From contig JAIEPH010000021.1 of assembly GCA_019749805.1 (NCBI GenBank), forward strand, positions 41,779-105,778: a stretch of DNA of 64,000 nucleotides. The letters are read 5' to 3'. The position numbers and the translations under genes are program-made. This document shows, in pieces, positions 61,602 through 64,000 of the stretch. The DNA is from Mycobacteriaceae bacterium (GTDB taxonomy: Bacteria > Actinomycetota > Actinomycetes > Mycobacteriales > Mycobacteriaceae). Every line of letters begins with the position of its first letter. Position 1 is the first letter of the stretch. The notes below the pieces were generated by a model that had not been told where the DNA came from, made no database searches, and saw only the letters and a program-made list of their open reading frames with translations.

Positions 61602-62765
61602 ATGACCGCACCGGTGAGGACCACAGACCCGCCGTGGATCGGCGAGTCCGAATGCCGGATCGACGACTTCCGGACACAGGTGCTCTGCGACACCGAACGC
61701 GCCGACTACCCGAACGCCACCGATGTGCGGAGCAACGTGCCGGTGTACTCGGCCGCCGCGGTGGCCGGCGGCGACCGGCGCGAGCTGCAGGCGGAGTTGA
61801 TCCGCGCGCTCGCCGACGGGCCGGGCGTCGTGCTGTTCGAAAGCGCCTTTTCCCGTGACCTCGTCGACCGCGCGAACGAGGGCTTCTTCGCGATCATCGC
61901 CGCGCAGCGCGAGGCGGGCACGGCCGCGGGCGACCACTTCGGCAAGCCCGGCGCCAACGACCGGATCTGGAATGCCGCCCAGAAGCTCGCGCTGCACGCG
62001 CCGGATGTGTTTGCCGAGTACTACGCGAACGACATTCTCGCCATCGTCTGCCAGGCCTGGCTGGGCCCCCGCTACCAGGTCACCTCTCAGGTGAACGTCG
62101 TCAATCCCGGTGGCAACGCCCAGGTTCCGCACCGCGACTATCACCTCGGCTTCGTCCCCGACGAGCACCTTGCGCAGTATCCGGCGCATCTGCACCGGAC
62201 CTCAGCGGTGCTCACGCTGCAGGGCGCCGTCGCCCACTGCGATATGCCGGTCGAAAGCGGCCCCACGATGCTGCTGCCCCATTCGCAGCGGTTCGCGGGC
62301 GGCTACATCGCCTTCAATCGGCCCGAGTTCGTGAAGTTCTTCGCCGACCATCACGTGCAGCTGCCGCTGAACAAGGGTGATGCGGTGTTCTTCAACCCGG
62401 CGCTGTATCACGGTGCGGGACCGAATGTTTCGGGTGACATCCGCCGGATTGCGAACCTGCTTCAGGTGTCCTCGCCGTTCGGCCGGGCGATGGAGGCGCT
62501 GGACCGCACGGCGATGGTCCGCGCGATCTACCCCGCACTGCTGGCGATGAAGGCTGCCGGACGCCCGCAGCGCGACCTGCACAACGCGGTGGTCGCGACC
62601 GCGGAGGGCTACGCGTTCCCCACCAACCTCGACAGCGATCAACCCATCGGCAGCCTCGCCCCACTGAGTCAGGTCGACGCGGTGCTGGCGGCGCTGGACT
62701 CGAACCTCAGCGCGGACGAACTCGACGTCGTACTGCGCGCCCAACAAGAACGGAGAATGCCATGA
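61602..62765 (+). CDS. Phytanoyl-CoA dioxygenase (PhyH) family Fe(II)/2OG enzyme
   Basis: PHRDYH (HxD), GPTMLLPHS, GDAVFFNPALYHGAG and a terminal R in 'IRRIANL'. Confidence 0.88.
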   Translation: MTAPVRTTDPPWIGESECRIDDFRTQVLCDTERADYPNATDVRSNVPVYSAAAVAGGDRRELQAELIRALADGPGVVLFESAFSRDLVDRANEGFFAIIAAQREAGTAAGDHFGKPGANDRIWNAAQKLALHAPDVFAEYYANDILAIVCQAWLGPRYQVTSQVNVVNPGGNAQVPHRDYHLGFVPDEHLAQYPAHLHRTSAVLTLQGAVAHCDMPVESGPTMLLPHSQRFAGGYIAFNRPEFVKFFADHHVQLPLNKGDAVFFNPALYHGAGPNVSGDIRRIANLLQVSSPFGRAMEALDRTAMVRAIYPALLAMKAAGRPQRDLHNAVVATAEGYAFPTNLDSDQPIGSLAPLSQVDAVLAALDSNLSADELDVVLRAQQERRMP

Positions 62766-63769
62766 CCACCCTCGGCGTCATCGGACTGGGGCGCATCGGC
62801 GCGTTCCACACCGAAACACTCTCGGGCCTCGACAGCATCGACGGGTTGGTCATCACCGACGAGCGGCCCGACGTCGTCGCGGCCGTCGCCGCCAAACACG
62901 CTGCGAAAGCTGTTGATTCGGTCGATGCCCTGCTGGCGTCCGGAGTGGACGGGGTCGTCGTGTCCGCCGCGACACCCGCACACGCCGAGCTGACGCTGGC
63001 TGCAGTCGAGCGCGGCCTGCCCACGTTCTGTGAGAAGCCGATCGCCTCGACGGCGGTCGAGAGCGCGCGGGTGGCCGACGTGATCGCGCGGTCGGGTGTG
63101 CCGGTGCAGGTCGGCTATCAGCGACGGTTCGACGCCGCCTTCGCGGCCGCCAAGCGCGCGGTCGACGACGGCTCGCTGGGCGCTCTGCACACCGTGCGCA
63201 GCACGACGATGGACCCGGCTCCCCCGCCGATGGAGTACATCGCCGGTTCGGGTGGCATCTTCCGCGACTGCGCCGTGCACGATTTCGACGTGATCCGCTG
63301 GATCACGGGCCAGCAGGCCGTCGAGGTGTACGCCACCGGCAGCGTCCAAGGAGACCCGAAGTTCGCCGAGTTCGGCGATGTGGACACCGCCGCCGTGGTC
63401 GTCACCTTCGAAGGCGGCACGCTCGGGGTGGTGTCGGCGGCGCGCTACAACGCGCACGGCTACGACTGCCGCCTCGAAGTGCACGGCTTCCACGACACGG
63501 TGGTTGCCGGCTGGGATCAGGGAGTTCCGGTGCGAAATGTCGCCCCCGGCAACAGCTTTCCCGAGGGACCGGCACACCACTTCTTCATGGACCGCTTCAC
63601 CGAGGCGTTCCGTGCGGAGCTCAGCGCGTTCGTCGACGTGGTCAAGGGAAACGCCGCTCCGGCATGCACGGTGGCCGACGCGGTCGAGGTCGCGTGGCTG
63701 GCCGAAGCGGCCACCGAGTCGTTGCGCCGCCGTGTGCCGGTGAGCATCAAGGAAGTGAGGTCACGATGA
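62762..63769 (+). CDS. Gfo/Idh/MocA oxidoreductase (myo-inositol 2-dehydrogenase IolG-like)
   Basis: GLGRIG, CEKP, VGYQRRFD, DCAVHDFD and GYDCRLEV. Confidence 0.88.
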   Translation: MTTLGVIGLGRIGAFHTETLSGLDSIDGLVITDERPDVVAAVAAKHAAKAVDSVDALLASGVDGVVVSAATPAHAELTLAAVERGLPTFCEKPIASTAVESARVADVIARSGVPVQVGYQRRFDAAFAAAKRAVDDGSLGALHTVRSTTMDPAPPPMEYIAGSGGIFRDCAVHDFDVIRWITGQQAVEVYATGSVQGDPKFAEFGDVDTAAVVVTFEGGTLGVVSAARYNAHGYDCRLEVHGFHDTVVAGWDQGVPVRNVAPGNSFPEGPAHHFFMDRFTEAFRAELSAFVDVVKGNAAPACTVADAVEVAWLAEAATESLRRRVPVSIKEVRSR

Positions 63770-64000
63770 AGTCCCTGAAGATTGCCGGTGCACCGATTTC
63801 GTGGGGAGTGTGCGAGGTACCCGGCTGGGGTCACCAGCTCAGCGCCGAGCGGGTGCTCACCGAGATGCGGGATGTCGGCCTGTCCGCCACCGAGTTGGGC
63901 CCCGAAGGCTTCCTGCCATCGGACCCCGAGGAGTTGACCGCCCTACTCGCGTCGAACGGTCTCAGCTGTGTCGGCATGTTCGTGCCCGTGCTGCTGCACG
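63766..64000 (+). CDS. Sugar phosphate isomerase/epimerase TIM barrel (inosose dehydratase IolE-like); 3'-truncated by the window edge
   Basis: Manual translation from the ATG at 63766 gives MKSLKIAGAPISWGVCEVPGWGHQL...ATELGPEGFLP. Confidence 0.8.
   Translation, partial: MKSLKIAGAPISWGVCEVPGWGHQLSAERVLTEMRDVGLSATELGPEGFLPSDPEELTALLASNGLSCVGMFVPVLLH

Overview
GC-rich actinobacterial DNA. Gene content and order indicate a rapidly growing Mycobacterium/Mycolicibacterium (inference). Four blocks are visible. (1) 1-21.4 kb: an accessory steroid-catabolic island. It carries a partial Delta4-(5alpha)-ketosteroid dehydrogenase-like gene, kstD, kshA, IclR and PadR regulators, a type I Baeyer-Villiger monooxygenase, five SDRs, two HSL-type esterases, an acyl-CoA ligase and dehydrogenase, two NTF2/SnoaL proteins and several orphans. 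The kshA<-/kstD->/padR<- arrangement resembles the M. smegmatis C-19+ steroid cluster as I recall it. (2) 21.4-50.3 kb: core genes syntenic with M. tuberculosis Rv2417c-Rv2449c (degV, octT, gpgP, rsfS, nadD, VWA/MoxR, proA, rbsK, nadE, proB, obg, rpmA, rplU, rne, ndk, folC, valS), with inserted small modules (cmtR-metal transporter; cysteine hydrolase-Hsp20-sirtuin). (3) 50.3-60.3 kb: an S9 peptidase, an HxlR module, two tandem rpf genes with long regulatory regions, mobA and korAB. (4) 60.5-64 kb: a LacI / PhyH-dioxygenase / IolG-like / IolE-like locus running off the right edge. I found no tRNA, rRNA, CRISPR array or transposase. The best leads for undescribed biology are an orphan protein with a 2OG-Fe(II)-type HxD...H signature next to a BaiE-like dehydratase in the steroid island, a Cys-rich microprotein coupled to kshA, a recurring operator-like motif in four island intergenic regions, a structured rpf leader with an anti-SD loop, and the dioxygenase-containing inositol-like locus. 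All assignments come from motif recognition and memory of the families; no searches were run.
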